Shown piece after piece: positions 29,382 through 37,867 of a DNA stretch of 64,000 nucleotides (position 1 is its first letter; every line of letters starts with the position of its first letter). A program made the position numbers and the translations under genes. The DNA is taken from NCBI GenBank assembly GCA_016219005.1, contig JACRCN010000055.1, positions 1,535 through 65,534 on the forward strand, given 5' to 3'. The notes under the pieces are model-generated. The model was not told where the DNA came from, made no database searches, and was given only the letters and a program-made list of their open reading frames with translations. This stretch comes from Deltaproteobacteria bacterium (GTDB lineage: Bacteria > Desulfobacterota > Desulfobacteria > Desulfobacterales > SpSt-501).

Positions 29382-29415
29382 TTGCGGCTTTCCGAAATCC
29401 GTCAACAGTGCAACG

Positions 29416-29470
29416 CGAAACGGGGTTGGCCGATGGGCCACGATGGGCCACCCCGTTTCGCTTTTTTTTT
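29416..29470 (+). terminator. groESL intrinsic terminator
   Basis: CGAAACGGGG...CCCCGTTTCG followed by a T9 run. Confidence 0.85.
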
Positions 29471-29539
29471 GCCGGGCACCATGCGGGTTGTGAACTGCCC
29501 CGGGTTGCAGGAACCAAGGCAACCTGCTATCAGGGGCGC

Positions 29540-30364
29540 ATGCGCCATGTGATTGCCTACCCCGGAACGCTCATTCCCCGGATCGAGCGGGTGCTGTATG
29601 CCCGCACGGCGGAGAGCGCCATCTTCACGGCCGCCGCCGAGGACCTGTCGACGGCATCCGCGGTACTGCTGCCGCTCGGCCGGCTGGCGGAGGCCGGGGC
29701 GGGTGAGACCTGCCTGATCCTGAACAAGCGCTCCCTGCGCGTGCGCCAGCCCGGCGACCTGTGCTGCCCGGGCGGGAGCGTCTCGCCGAGGTTCGACTGG
29801 CATGCCTCCCGGCTGCTGGGATGGCCCTTCTTCCCGCTGGGGCGCTGGGTGTTCTGGCGGCGCTGGCGCCGGGAGCGGCCGGGAGAAGCCCGCTGGCTGG
29901 CGCTTTACCTGGCTACGGCCCTGCGAGAGGGCTTCGAGGAGATGCGCATAAACCCGCTGCGGATCCGTTTTCTCGGCCCCCTGCCGCCGCAGCGCCTTGT
30001 TCTGTTCCGGCGTCTGATCTATCCCATGGCGGTCTGGATCCCGAATCAAGAACGGTTCCGGCCGAGCTGGGAGGTGCAGCGCATCGTGAAGATTCCGCTC
30101 AGAAGCCTGCTGGAGCCGTCCAACTACGTGCGCTACCGGCTGAGGATGGAGTTCCCGCGCCAGACGGCCGGCGCGGAAAAAACCAGCGAGCATCCCGGTT
30201 TTTGCCTTCCGGACGTCGACGGTCCGGAGGTCCTGTGGGGGGCCACCTACCGGATGACCATGGCCTTCCTGAACATCGTCTTCGGTTTTTCGCCGCCGGC
30301 ACCGGAGCATCTGCCCATCGTCAGCGCAAGCCTCGGCGCAACCTACCTCACAGGCGATGGATGA
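29540..30364 (+). CDS. NUDIX hydrolase (CoA pyrophosphatase-like)
   Basis: LNKRSLRVRQPGDLCCPGGSV...ALREGFEEMRI is a Nudix box with a long insertion. Start taken at MRHVIAYPG. Confidence 0.65.
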   Translation: MRHVIAYPGTLIPRIERVLYARTAESAIFTAAAEDLSTASAVLLPLGRLAEAGAGETCLILNKRSLRVRQPGDLCCPGGSVSPRFDWHASRLLGWPFFPLGRWVFWRRWRRERPGEARWLALYLATALREGFEEMRINPLRIRFLGPLPPQRLVLFRRLIYPMAVWIPNQERFRPSWEVQRIVKIPLRSLLEPSNYVRYRLRMEFPRQTAGAEKTSEHPGFCLPDVDGPEVLWGATYRMTMAFLNIVFGFSPPAPEHLPIVSASLGATYLTGDG

Positions 30365-30445
30365 TGCGGGCCCGCCGCTTCGGTTTTTCGCGCGGCAGGG
30401 GCCGAAGCGCTTGACACCGCAGCTATTTTTCGCTTTAGCGGGGAT

Positions 30446-30473
30446 GTTGAAAAACGACGTCTGAGATCGTGAT
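30446..30473. repeat. solo arm of the palindromic repeat family
   Basis: GTTGAAAAACGACGTCTGAGATCGTGAT compared with the reverse complement of copy B's right arm, GTTGAAAAACGGCATCTCAGACCGTGAT. Confidence 0.5.
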
Positions 30474-30476
30474 AGA

Positions 30477-30917
30477 ATGGCACACGCAGAGATCCCCTAC
30501 CGAGTGGTCCTCAAGATATCGCCCATCCACGGCAAGGGCTGTTACGCCGGTGAACCTATCCCCGCGGGCGCCTTCATCATTGAGTATTCAGGGGAGTTGA
30601 TCGCGGCCGAAGAGGCTTACCGCCGCGAGGCGGACCCGGAGCGGACCGGTATCTATACCTTCTGGGCCGGTGACGATTGGGCGATCGACGGCTACCGGGA
30701 AGGCAACGACGCCCGGTTCATCAACCACTCCTGCACGCCGAACTGCGACTACCGGATTGCCGACCGGCGCGTGTTGATCCATGCCGCCCAGGACATCGCC
30801 GAGGGCGAGGAACTCACCATCGACTACAGCTTCAGTCCGGAGGGCGAGCGGATATCCTGTTGCTGCGGCTCGCCGGACTGCCGGGGGCAAATCAACTCCG
30901 CTGGCGACGGGGACTGA
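30477..30917 (+). CDS. SET-domain protein-lysine methyltransferase-like
   Basis: GKGCYAGEPIPAGAFIIEYSGE, ARFINHSCTPNC, GEELTIDYSF, post-SET CCCGSPDCRG. Confidence 0.85.
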   Translation: MAHAEIPYRVVLKISPIHGKGCYAGEPIPAGAFIIEYSGELIAAEEAYRREADPERTGIYTFWAGDDWAIDGYREGNDARFINHSCTPNCDYRIADRRVLIHAAQDIAEGEELTIDYSFSPEGERISCCCGSPDCRGQINSAGDGD

Positions 30918-30986
30918 CCGAGGCAAACAGGTTTGCAGCCATGCCTGCAAGCCTGCTTTATTTCATGGTACGCGCTCCTGGAAAGG

Positions 30987-31022
30987 AAACCGCTAATCGC
31001 TTATTATCGCAATTAGCGGTTT
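30987..31022. terminator. bidirectional hairpin between convergent genes
   Basis: AAACCGCTAAT...ATTAGCGGTTT, an 11-bp stem. A second hairpin TTGCAG-N6-CTGCAA lies just after the SET stop. Confidence 0.6.
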
Positions 31023-31054
31023 ACGGGGCCGCATGTTTCCTGCTTAGGCTGTAA

Positions 31055-31606
31055 CTAAGCGTACGCCTCAATAACAGTTTTGCCCTGGCGTTTATCGGAC
31101 GTTGTGTCCGAAGCCGAAGTCGCGTCGTTGGCATGTTTCATCTCATACGCCAATTTCTCTTGATCAGTAACCGTGCCGTCTTTGTCGGAATCCATTTTGT
31201 CGTATACCTTGCTGTCGGAAGTTGATGATTCCCCGCTACTGTTTTGAGAACTCAGCTGCACCGTATCCACCGGTGCGCCTTGAGGCGGACCACCGGCCGA
31301 GGCACTTGCAGCAGGGCTCTGGGATATTTTTTCCTCGATTTTGGAGTATGCTTCCTGCGCGTTCTTGAGATCTCCGGAATCAAGAGCCTTTTTGAGGCTT
31401 TCAAACTCGGAGCTCATGGGATTTTTGCTGTCTTCGCCTTGGACTGGAGCATTCTTCTGCAGCTGCGCGAATGCCTTCTTTGCATCGTCGAGATTCCCTG
31501 ACTTTAAGGCACTCCCCAGATCATCAAGACTCTTCTTCATTTGTGTCATTGGATTGCTTCCACCTATCTGGAACGTACTGCCGGTTGAAATCGCCGAAAT
31601 TGACAT
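31055..31606 (-). CDS. EF-hand-containing repeat protein
   Basis: Internal repeats LKSGNLDDAKKAFAQLQK and LDSGDLKNAQEAYSKIEEK. EF-hand loop DSDKDGTVTDQE. Confidence 0.65.
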   Translation of the reverse strand: MSISAISTGSTFQIGGSNPMTQMKKSLDDLGSALKSGNLDDAKKAFAQLQKNAPVQGEDSKNPMSSEFESLKKALDSGDLKNAQEAYSKIEEKISQSPAASASAGGPPQGAPVDTVQLSSQNSSGESSTSDSKVYDKMDSDKDGTVTDQEKLAYEMKHANDATSASDTTSDKRQGKTVIEAYA

Positions 31607-31922
31607 AGCCTTACTCCTTTTCGGTGAAGTGTGAATTACATTCGTTGCGGCCTGTTCTGTTTGTAGCTATCGGTGTTTAAAAGAAAAGACTATAGGGAAA
31701 TTGGGCGAAGTTCTGTAAAGATTTGTGAAGAAGTATGAAGGCTGTCGCCCATTTCTCCACTTTGAAGTATTATGGCAGGTTCGCACTAAAACAGGACATT
31801 CCGGGACGTCTCCACATTTAACCATTTTGTAAAAGGGGTATAGTTCTGGTTTTAGGCAGGAGTTGCAGATACCGATCGGCCGTAGGATCTGTTCGCAGAT
31901 GTGTAGCGGTCTGGTGATCCCA

Positions 31923-31957
31923 TCCGACGTATCTGTATTTTTGCAGGTTTGTGATAT
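31923..31957 (+). promoter_or_regulatory. bipartite motif TCCGACGTATC-N15-TTGTGATAT (copy 3 of 3)
   Basis: The same motif and spacing occur at 35801-35835 and 37778-37812. Each copy lies upstream of a plus-strand gene. Confidence 0.3.
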
Positions 31958-32186
31958 CTAAGTTCAGATGTCGACCCGTTCTTAATCGAATTTTTATGGC
32001 TTTTTTAAGGCGTTCGGTCGCCGTTTCCCGGCTCCTTGACTCAGCGTTCGAAAATACCACAGCAGACTCTTCCCCCCAAGAAAATTGCGTTTGTGATAGC
32101 CTGTACCGAAAATTGATACTGGCAAAAGTTAAAGCGATCAACCGGCACCTATTCACAGATGGCCAGGGGTGTTTGCGGAGAACTGA

Positions 32187-32570
32187 ATGGATTGTGATGA
32201 AAAGCGCGCTCTCGTTGATCGATACCTGAGTGCATACAACGCTTTTGACATTAACGGCATGCTGGCGGTGATCCACCCCGATATCGAGTTCAAGAACGTA
32301 GCGGGTGGGGAAGTCAATGCCAAGGCTTTGGGCATTAATGAGTTTCGCAAGCTTGCGGAGCAGTCGAGGACGATCTTCTCATCGCGCCGTCAAACAATAA
32401 AAACGTTTAACGCTGACGGCGATCAAGCAATGATCGAAGTGGCATATCGCGGTGTGCTTGCCATCGACTTGCCCAACGGGATGAAACAAGGGCAAGCGAT
32501 GGAGTTGGCTGGACGGTCAGAATTTGGATTCAGTGACGGTTTGATTTGCCGGATCACCGATATCAGCTGA
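32187..32570 (+). CDS. SnoaL-like / NTF2-family protein
   Basis: ALVDRYLSAYNAFDINGMLAVIHPDIEF is a typical SnoaL_2 N-terminus. Confidence 0.7.
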   Translation: MDCDEKRALVDRYLSAYNAFDINGMLAVIHPDIEFKNVAGGEVNAKALGINEFRKLAEQSRTIFSSRRQTIKTFNADGDQAMIEVAYRGVLAIDLPNGMKQGQAMELAGRSEFGFSDGLICRITDIS

Positions 32571-32885
32571 AGGGTCTCATTAATCGAGCATACAAATTAT
32601 GGTCCTTTTTCTGTATTTGAGAAATGAAAATGGATTGACTGCGGGGGTTGGTCAAATCGAACGTTAAGATGCCGGCGGCACGTTGGGATATTGGTTCTAT
32701 TTCCACATTAGGACCAATGCGTGCTATTATGATAAATATCATGGAGTTGCCGGTGTTTCTCAATCGATTAATTTATCCCTCGCGCCCAATGCTGAGCAAG
32801 CATTGCCGTTTCAGGTTCATATTGTTAAAATGAATCGGCTTCACAATTGTTTCAGCAACGTTTTTCTTTTGTTGAGGAAGTGACC

Positions 32886-35273
32886 ATGAAAAACATCGAT
32901 GCTAACGAAAGCCGCGAAGATCTGTTGGCAAGGATCGATATGCTGCAGAGGCAAATCGATGAGTTAAAAGCCAACCGTAATGAGAACTTCCATTTCTTTA
33001 AAATGCATGGAGACCTTTTGGATTCCGTCCTGAACAATTCACCTTCTGCCGTGTTTCTGCATCGCGATCTCCAATTTATTTACGCCAACCCCGCCGCATT
33101 GGCTCTTTTTGAAATTGATCACCTTTCAAACATTCAGGGCAAACGGATCCTCGATTTTATTCATCCGGATTTTCGCTTAATAGTTGAAGAAAGAATAAAC
33201 CGCATTTTTCAAACCGGCTGTCATCTTTCTACAATGCCGCAGAAATATCTAACCAAGACAGGAAAAGTTTTGGATGTCGAGGCGTTCGGTGTTTTGGTAG
33301 AATTTGAAGAACTTCCTACCTTAATGAGCATTGCTACCGACGTTACTGATCGCAAGCGCGCTGAGGAGGACCTTCGCGAGAGCGAGGAGAGATACAGGAT
33401 TGCATTTCAAACCAGCCCCGATTCAATCAATCTTAGCCGCGCTTCTGACGGAATGTATATCGACATCAATGAAGGATTCACGAGATTGACGGGATGGACC
33501 CGGGAGGAAGTGCTGGGTAAAAAGTCACTTGATCTGCAATTATGGGTTGATCCCGACGACAGGAAACGCCTGGTTGAGCAGCTGAAAACTACGGGTTGTG
33601 TTGAAAATTTTGAGGCTGAGTTTCGCGGGAAGCATGGCCAGACAGGTATCTGTCACCTGTCGGCGGCCATAATACGAATCGGGGATGAGGACGCCATTTT
33701 ATCAATAGTTCGTGATGTCACCGAACGCAAAAAGACAGAAACGCTATTGAAAGAAAGCGAAGCACGCTTTCGGACAGCCTTTGAAAACTCAGCAGTTGGA
33801 ATGGCATTGATAGGCCTGGATGGGAAAACGATTGAAACCAATACGGTTATGGCAAAGATGTTGGGCTACGACAGATCAGAAATTCTGGGCAAGGCGGTGC
33901 AGGAAGTGATGCACCCTGATGATTTCGGAGAGCACAAAAGTCTTTTTGTGAAACTTTTGGAGAGAGAGGTCCAGTACGGAGACAGCGAACGCCGCTTGAT
34001 ACGCAAAGATGGCGCGGTAATCAACACCCAAGTCTGGTCCACGATTCACAAGGACGAACATGGAAAGCCACTGTACCTGATTTCCATTGTGCGCGATATA
34101 TCCGAGCAAGTTCAGGCAAAAGAAGAAAGGAAGCGTTTGGAATCTCAGCTCCTGCAATCTCAGAAAATGGAAGCCATTGGGGCTCTTGCCGGTGGCATTG
34201 CTCACGATTTCAACAACATTTTAGCGGCAGTCATCGGATTCACGGAGCTATCCATGCTCAGTGATGGAGCACCTCTTGAGTATCTCCGGGAAGCCATGAA
34301 GGCGGCAATCCGTGCAAAAGATTTAGTGAAGCAAATCCTTACCTTCAGCCGCCAAAACGATGAAGAAAGAAAACCTGTTCAAGTCGATGCGGTGGTGCGG
34401 GAAGCCATCGTTTTTTTGAGGGCAACGCTACCCACCAGCATTGAAATAAATTACAGAATCGATGATAAGGCCGGAACCGTTATGGCGAACTCGGTTGAAT
34501 TGCATCAGATCCTTATGAACCTTGGCAGCAATGCGGTTCACGCAATCGGCGAAAATCCAGGAAGGGTTGATATTGAAGTTCAGAGTGTAACCATCGCAAA
34601 CTCAGACAGAAGCAGCTACCCGGAGTTGGATGCAGGGCCATATATGCGTCTTTCGGTCAAGGATTCCGGGCACGGAATTCCGTTTGAAATTCAGGGTCGT
34701 ATCTTTGATCCATATTTTACGACCAAAGAAATAGGTGTCGGTACGGGACTGGGGTTGGCTGTCATCCATGGGATTGTAAAAAAATCCAATGGGGCAATCA
34801 AGGTGGAAAGCGCTCCAGGAAAAGGGACCGCTTTTCATATTTTTCTACCGCAGGTTCATTTGCCATCACAAAAACAGGTTCGATATAAGGCTTTACCGAA
34901 AGGAGGCTCCGAGAGAATTCTTCTTGTCGACGACGAGAAAGTACTGGTTGATGTCGGAGAAAAAATTCTCAAGCGACTCGGGTATGACGTCGTTTCAAGA
35001 ACCAGTCCGATTGAGGCACTGGAGCTGTTCAAGGTCAAGCCTATGGAATTCGATATTGTTATCTCTGATCAAACCATGCCCGGCATGACGGGCGACGTTT
35101 TAGCCTCGGAGTTAATGAAAATCAATCCGGAAATCCCTGTCATACTCTGCACCGGATACAGTCAGCAGATCAACCATGCCAAGGCCGAAAAGAAGGGGAT
35201 CAGAGCCTTGGTTATGAAGCCCCTTTTAATCGACGAAATCGATAACGCTATTCGAAGGGTTTTGAAAAAATGA
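32886..35273 (+). CDS. hybrid sensor histidine kinase (PAS x3, HisKA, HATPase, receiver)
   Basis: PAS-like repeats. H-box GGIAHDFNNIL. G-boxes DSGHGIP and GTGLGLAV. Receiver ILLVDDE...ISDQTMPGMTG. GAGGAAG SD before ATG 32886. Confidence 0.9.
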   Translation: MKNIDANESREDLLARIDMLQRQIDELKANRNENFHFFKMHGDLLDSVLNNSPSAVFLHRDLQFIYANPAALALFEIDHLSNIQGKRILDFIHPDFRLIVEERINRIFQTGCHLSTMPQKYLTKTGKVLDVEAFGVLVEFEELPTLMSIATDVTDRKRAEEDLRESEERYRIAFQTSPDSINLSRASDGMYIDINEGFTRLTGWTREEVLGKKSLDLQLWVDPDDRKRLVEQLKTTGCVENFEAEFRGKHGQTGICHLSAAIIRIGDEDAILSIVRDVTERKKTETLLKESEARFRTAFENSAVGMALIGLDGKTIETNTVMAKMLGYDRSEILGKAVQEVMHPDDFGEHKSLFVKLLEREVQYGDSERRLIRKDGAVINTQVWSTIHKDEHGKPLYLISIVRDISEQVQAKEERKRLESQLLQSQKMEAIGALAGGIAHDFNNILAAVIGFTELSMLSDGAPLEYLREAMKAAIRAKDLVKQILTFSRQNDEERKPVQVDAVVREAIVFLRATLPTSIEINYRIDDKAGTVMANSVELHQILMNLGSNAVHAIGENPGRVDIEVQSVTIANSDRSSYPELDAGPYMRLSVKDSGHGIPFEIQGRIFDPYFTTKEIGVGTGLGLAVIHGIVKKSNGAIKVESAPGKGTAFHIFLPQVHLPSQKQVRYKALPKGGSERILLVDDEKVLVDVGEKILKRLGYDVVSRTSPIEALELFKVKPMEFDIVISDQTMPGMTGDVLASELMKINPEIPVILCTGYSQQINHAKAEKKGIRALVMKPLLIDEIDNAIRRVLKK

Positions 35274-35476
35274 AAAACCTGTTGCTGTTGGTTGTCGCGG
35301 CCATGCTGATCGCAGGCTGCACGTCGGAGTTCTACAAACACGATTCTCTCTTCAAGACTAACCAGCATGTGGCTTACAGCTGGTGGGGATACAAGAACAC
35401 CATGCCTGAAGCCGCCAAGATGTCGTCGGATCAGGGCTGGTGGGGGAGGGAAATTCCCTATATTCCGGCAAAGTAA
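35270..35476 (+). CDS. small lipoprotein
   Basis: MKNLLLLVVAAMLIAGC contains a lipobox. ATGA overlap with the kinase stop. Confidence 0.6.
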   Translation: MKNLLLLVVAAMLIAGCTSEFYKHDSLFKTNQHVAYSWWGYKNTMPEAAKMSSDQGWWGREIPYIPAK

Positions 35477-35501
35477 CACATTCTGTTCTCACAATTAAAA
35501 T

Positions 35502-35534
35502 AAGGCAGGATGATCTCATCCTGCCTTATTTATT
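35502..35534 (+). terminator. intrinsic terminator
   Basis: AAGGCAGGATGA-TCTC-ATCCTGCCTT followed by ATTTATT. Confidence 0.75.
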
Positions 35535-35668
35535 CTTGATGATGCTTGAAGAGATCATCCAAGCTTAGCATTCTTAACAGCCGTTCGAGGCGCTCGTAAG
35601 CGCCGATCAAAAAATCTCGAATCAAGGGTGCTGGAGGCTGGATATGGGTACTGATCAAGAATCAAGAT

Positions 35669-35844
35669 ACAAAAGAGGGACCGTCGTATTCAATGTGTTA
35701 ATGTCAGCAAATGGTCAAGCATATGACCCAAAACATAATCACCCGTCGAATAAAGGCAAATTAGCCCTAAATTTTCAGCATAACTGAAATGCAGATATCG
35801 TCCGACGTATCCAATTCGCTGGCACCTTGTGATATAGACTGCAT
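35669..35844 (+). repeat. ~175-bp direct repeat, copy 1 (degenerate)
   Basis: Aligns base-for-base with 37645-37818 at an offset of 1976 bp, by eye about 70-75 percent identical. It contains a start-less remnant ...QKRDRRIQCVNVSKWSSI* of the small ORF that is intact in copy 2. Confidence 0.75.
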
Positions 35845-36107
35845 GCTACTTAAATTTCCTTTGATTTTTCATTCGTGACTGAAGTATATTTTATACCAAT
35901 TGCAGCACCTTTCCCATTCCACCTGATCTGAAGCGGATGCTGGCGTCGCTCAATGGTTTAGACCTCTCCTCTCCATTTGGTTATTTCCAGAATGGGTCGC
36001 TCATACTCTCTTGCAGTCGTCGGCAAAACATCTGCTGACGGGTGGTTACGATAAGGAAGGAAACCACTTTCAGGAAGCCGCGAGGCTAAAGAAGAAAGGT
36101 CAGAAAA

Positions 36108-37286
36108 ATGAACAAGCGATTTTGGCGGGTCGTCTTGGCAGTTGCCCTGGTCGGTTCAGTGGCGGGCTGTGCCAATCAAAAAGCTCCTCCGCTGGAAACC
36201 TTCCAACCGGTACCCATGAACCCCTCGGCACATTTCAAGAAGTTCGATACCTTTGTTGTGGTTCTGGACACCGCCTCCTCGATGGAGGGATCGTACCGGA
36301 AACGTCTTGAGGCCGACCGCACTCGGGAGATCGTCTCACAGATGAACCGAATGATTCCAGACATGGGCTACCGTTCGGCACTAATGGCTTTCAGATCTGG
36401 CAGTTGCCTGAGCTGTGAAGATGCCGTGCTTCTTTACGGTCCGGTGCCTTACAACCGCGGCGAGTTCGAAGCCGGCTTGGCCGCCTATAGGGAGGCCGGG
36501 GAAATCGACCGTTTCAGCCCCACGGACGGCGACATGCCGGCCACCCGCGCAATCATGCAGGGGAATCCCGGGCGGGTGGCCCTGATCGTCGTCACCGACT
36601 CCGAGAACATTTTGCATGGCCGCGCCTTCAAAACCGTGCAGAAGCTTACCGCTTTCTTTGGTGGGAGGCTTTGTATCTACCCCATTCAGGTAGACCGGAA
36701 TGTCGTCGGTCGCAGGGTAGTGGACGAGCTTGTCAAGGTCGGTGGCTGTGGTTTTTCCGTCAATGACGATGAAATTGCCACGCCCAATGCCATGGCCGCT
36801 TACGTGAACCAGATTTTCTTGACCTCCGCTGCGGCAGCTGTTGTTGCGGCCCCCGTTTCTGTCGTTGCTGATTCGGACGGTGACGGTGTCCCCGATAGCA
36901 GGGACACGTGTCCGAACACGCCCAAAGGGGTGAAGGTCAATGCCGTCGGCTGCTGGGAGCTGAACGGCGTGTTTTTCGACAGCGACCAGGCGGTGATCAA
37001 GGACACCCGGGCTCTCGATGAGGCGGTTGCCATCCTGAAGGCTAACCCAAAGCTCACGGGCGAAATCCATGGCCACACCGACAGCACGGCTTCGGCGGAT
37101 TACAACCAGAAGCTTTCGGAAGCCAGGGCGAGGGCCGTGCGCGATTATTACATCCGGCAGGGAATTGCACCCGAGAGGATCCGGGTCATAGGATTCGGCG
37201 AGACCCGGCCGGCCGCCTCCAACGATACCTTGGAGGGGCGTGCCCTTAACCGGCGCGTGGAGCTGCACCCTGACTTCGGCCATTAA
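36108..37286 (+). CDS. OmpA-family lipoprotein with a thrombospondin-type-3 repeat
   Basis: Lipobox VAGC. DSDGDGVPDSRDTCPNTP. C-terminal OmpA domain GHTDSTASADYNQKLSEARARAV...NRRVEL. Confidence 0.9.
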   Translation: MNKRFWRVVLAVALVGSVAGCANQKAPPLETFQPVPMNPSAHFKKFDTFVVVLDTASSMEGSYRKRLEADRTREIVSQMNRMIPDMGYRSALMAFRSGSCLSCEDAVLLYGPVPYNRGEFEAGLAAYREAGEIDRFSPTDGDMPATRAIMQGNPGRVALIVVTDSENILHGRAFKTVQKLTAFFGGRLCIYPIQVDRNVVGRRVVDELVKVGGCGFSVNDDEIATPNAMAAYVNQIFLTSAAAAVVAAPVSVVADSDGDGVPDSRDTCPNTPKGVKVNAVGCWELNGVFFDSDQAVIKDTRALDEAVAILKANPKLTGEIHGHTDSTASADYNQKLSEARARAVRDYYIRQGIAPERIRVIGFGETRPAASNDTLEGRALNRRVELHPDFGH

Positions 37287-37501
37287 TTGAATGGCTGGGA
37301 GAAAGTAGAATAGACTGCGTATTCGGAATATACCCCATAAAAATTGGTTAACGTAGCCGGTGTTACTGCATATAGCCAAGGATTGAGGCTCCGTGCCCGC
37401 GAGAGCTAACCTCCCACCTCAGCGGCAGCGACCCGGGGGAGGGACCTCCACGCAGCCGTCACCCCGCCCGGGGCGTCATACACCGATTTTGGCGGTGGGA
37501 C

Positions 37502-37729
37502 ATGAGTGAAAGCCAGGCAATAAAAGACAGAAGGATAGGGGACCCGGATCTCGACCGAAGATCTGGTGAAGATAGACGTGGGGCCCATGAGTTAGGTTAT
37601 TTTACGTGGGGCGGCATCGAAAGAAGAAGCGGGGTTGAAGGCAGACAGAAGGGGGAACGTCGCACCCAATGTGTTAGCGTCAGCCAATGGTCAAGCGTCT
37701 GCCGCAAAACAAAATCGCCCGTCGAATAA
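37502..37729 (+). CDS. small (D/E)RR-repeat protein
   Basis: 75 aa: KDRRIGDPDLDRRSGEDRRG...IERRSGVEGRQKGERRTQCVSVSQWSS. Its 3' end lies within repeat copy 2. Confidence 0.5.
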   Translation: MSESQAIKDRRIGDPDLDRRSGEDRRGAHELGYFTWGGIERRSGVEGRQKGERRTQCVSVSQWSSVCRKTKSPVE

Positions 37730-37818
37730 AGGCAAACTGGCCTCAAATTTTCAACATGCCTGAAATGCAGATATTCATCCGACAAATCACCAAGCCGCTC
37801 AATTTGTGATACTGCCAT
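37645..37818 (+). repeat. ~175-bp direct repeat, copy 2
   Basis: See copy 1. It ends 50 nt upstream of the ExeA-like gene. Confidence 0.75.
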
Positions 37819-37867
37819 TGGATGAAGAAGCCATTAACGATGCTATCGCATAAGCTGAGGCGTATAT

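Noticed and set aside
31818-32276. 152-aa minus-strand ORF, and the 92-aa plus-strand ORF at 31951-32229
   Set aside because: They overlap the SnoaL-like gene start and the candidate regulatory motif. They have no motifs and probably lie in non-coding upstream sequence.
37750-37770. Sigma54 promoter (CTGGCCTCAAATTTTCA) upstream of the ExeA-like gene
   Set aside because: The -12 element is TTTCA rather than TTGC(A/T), so the conserved GC is missing. The paralogous copy 1 has TAGCCC at -24. The evidence is too weak to call.
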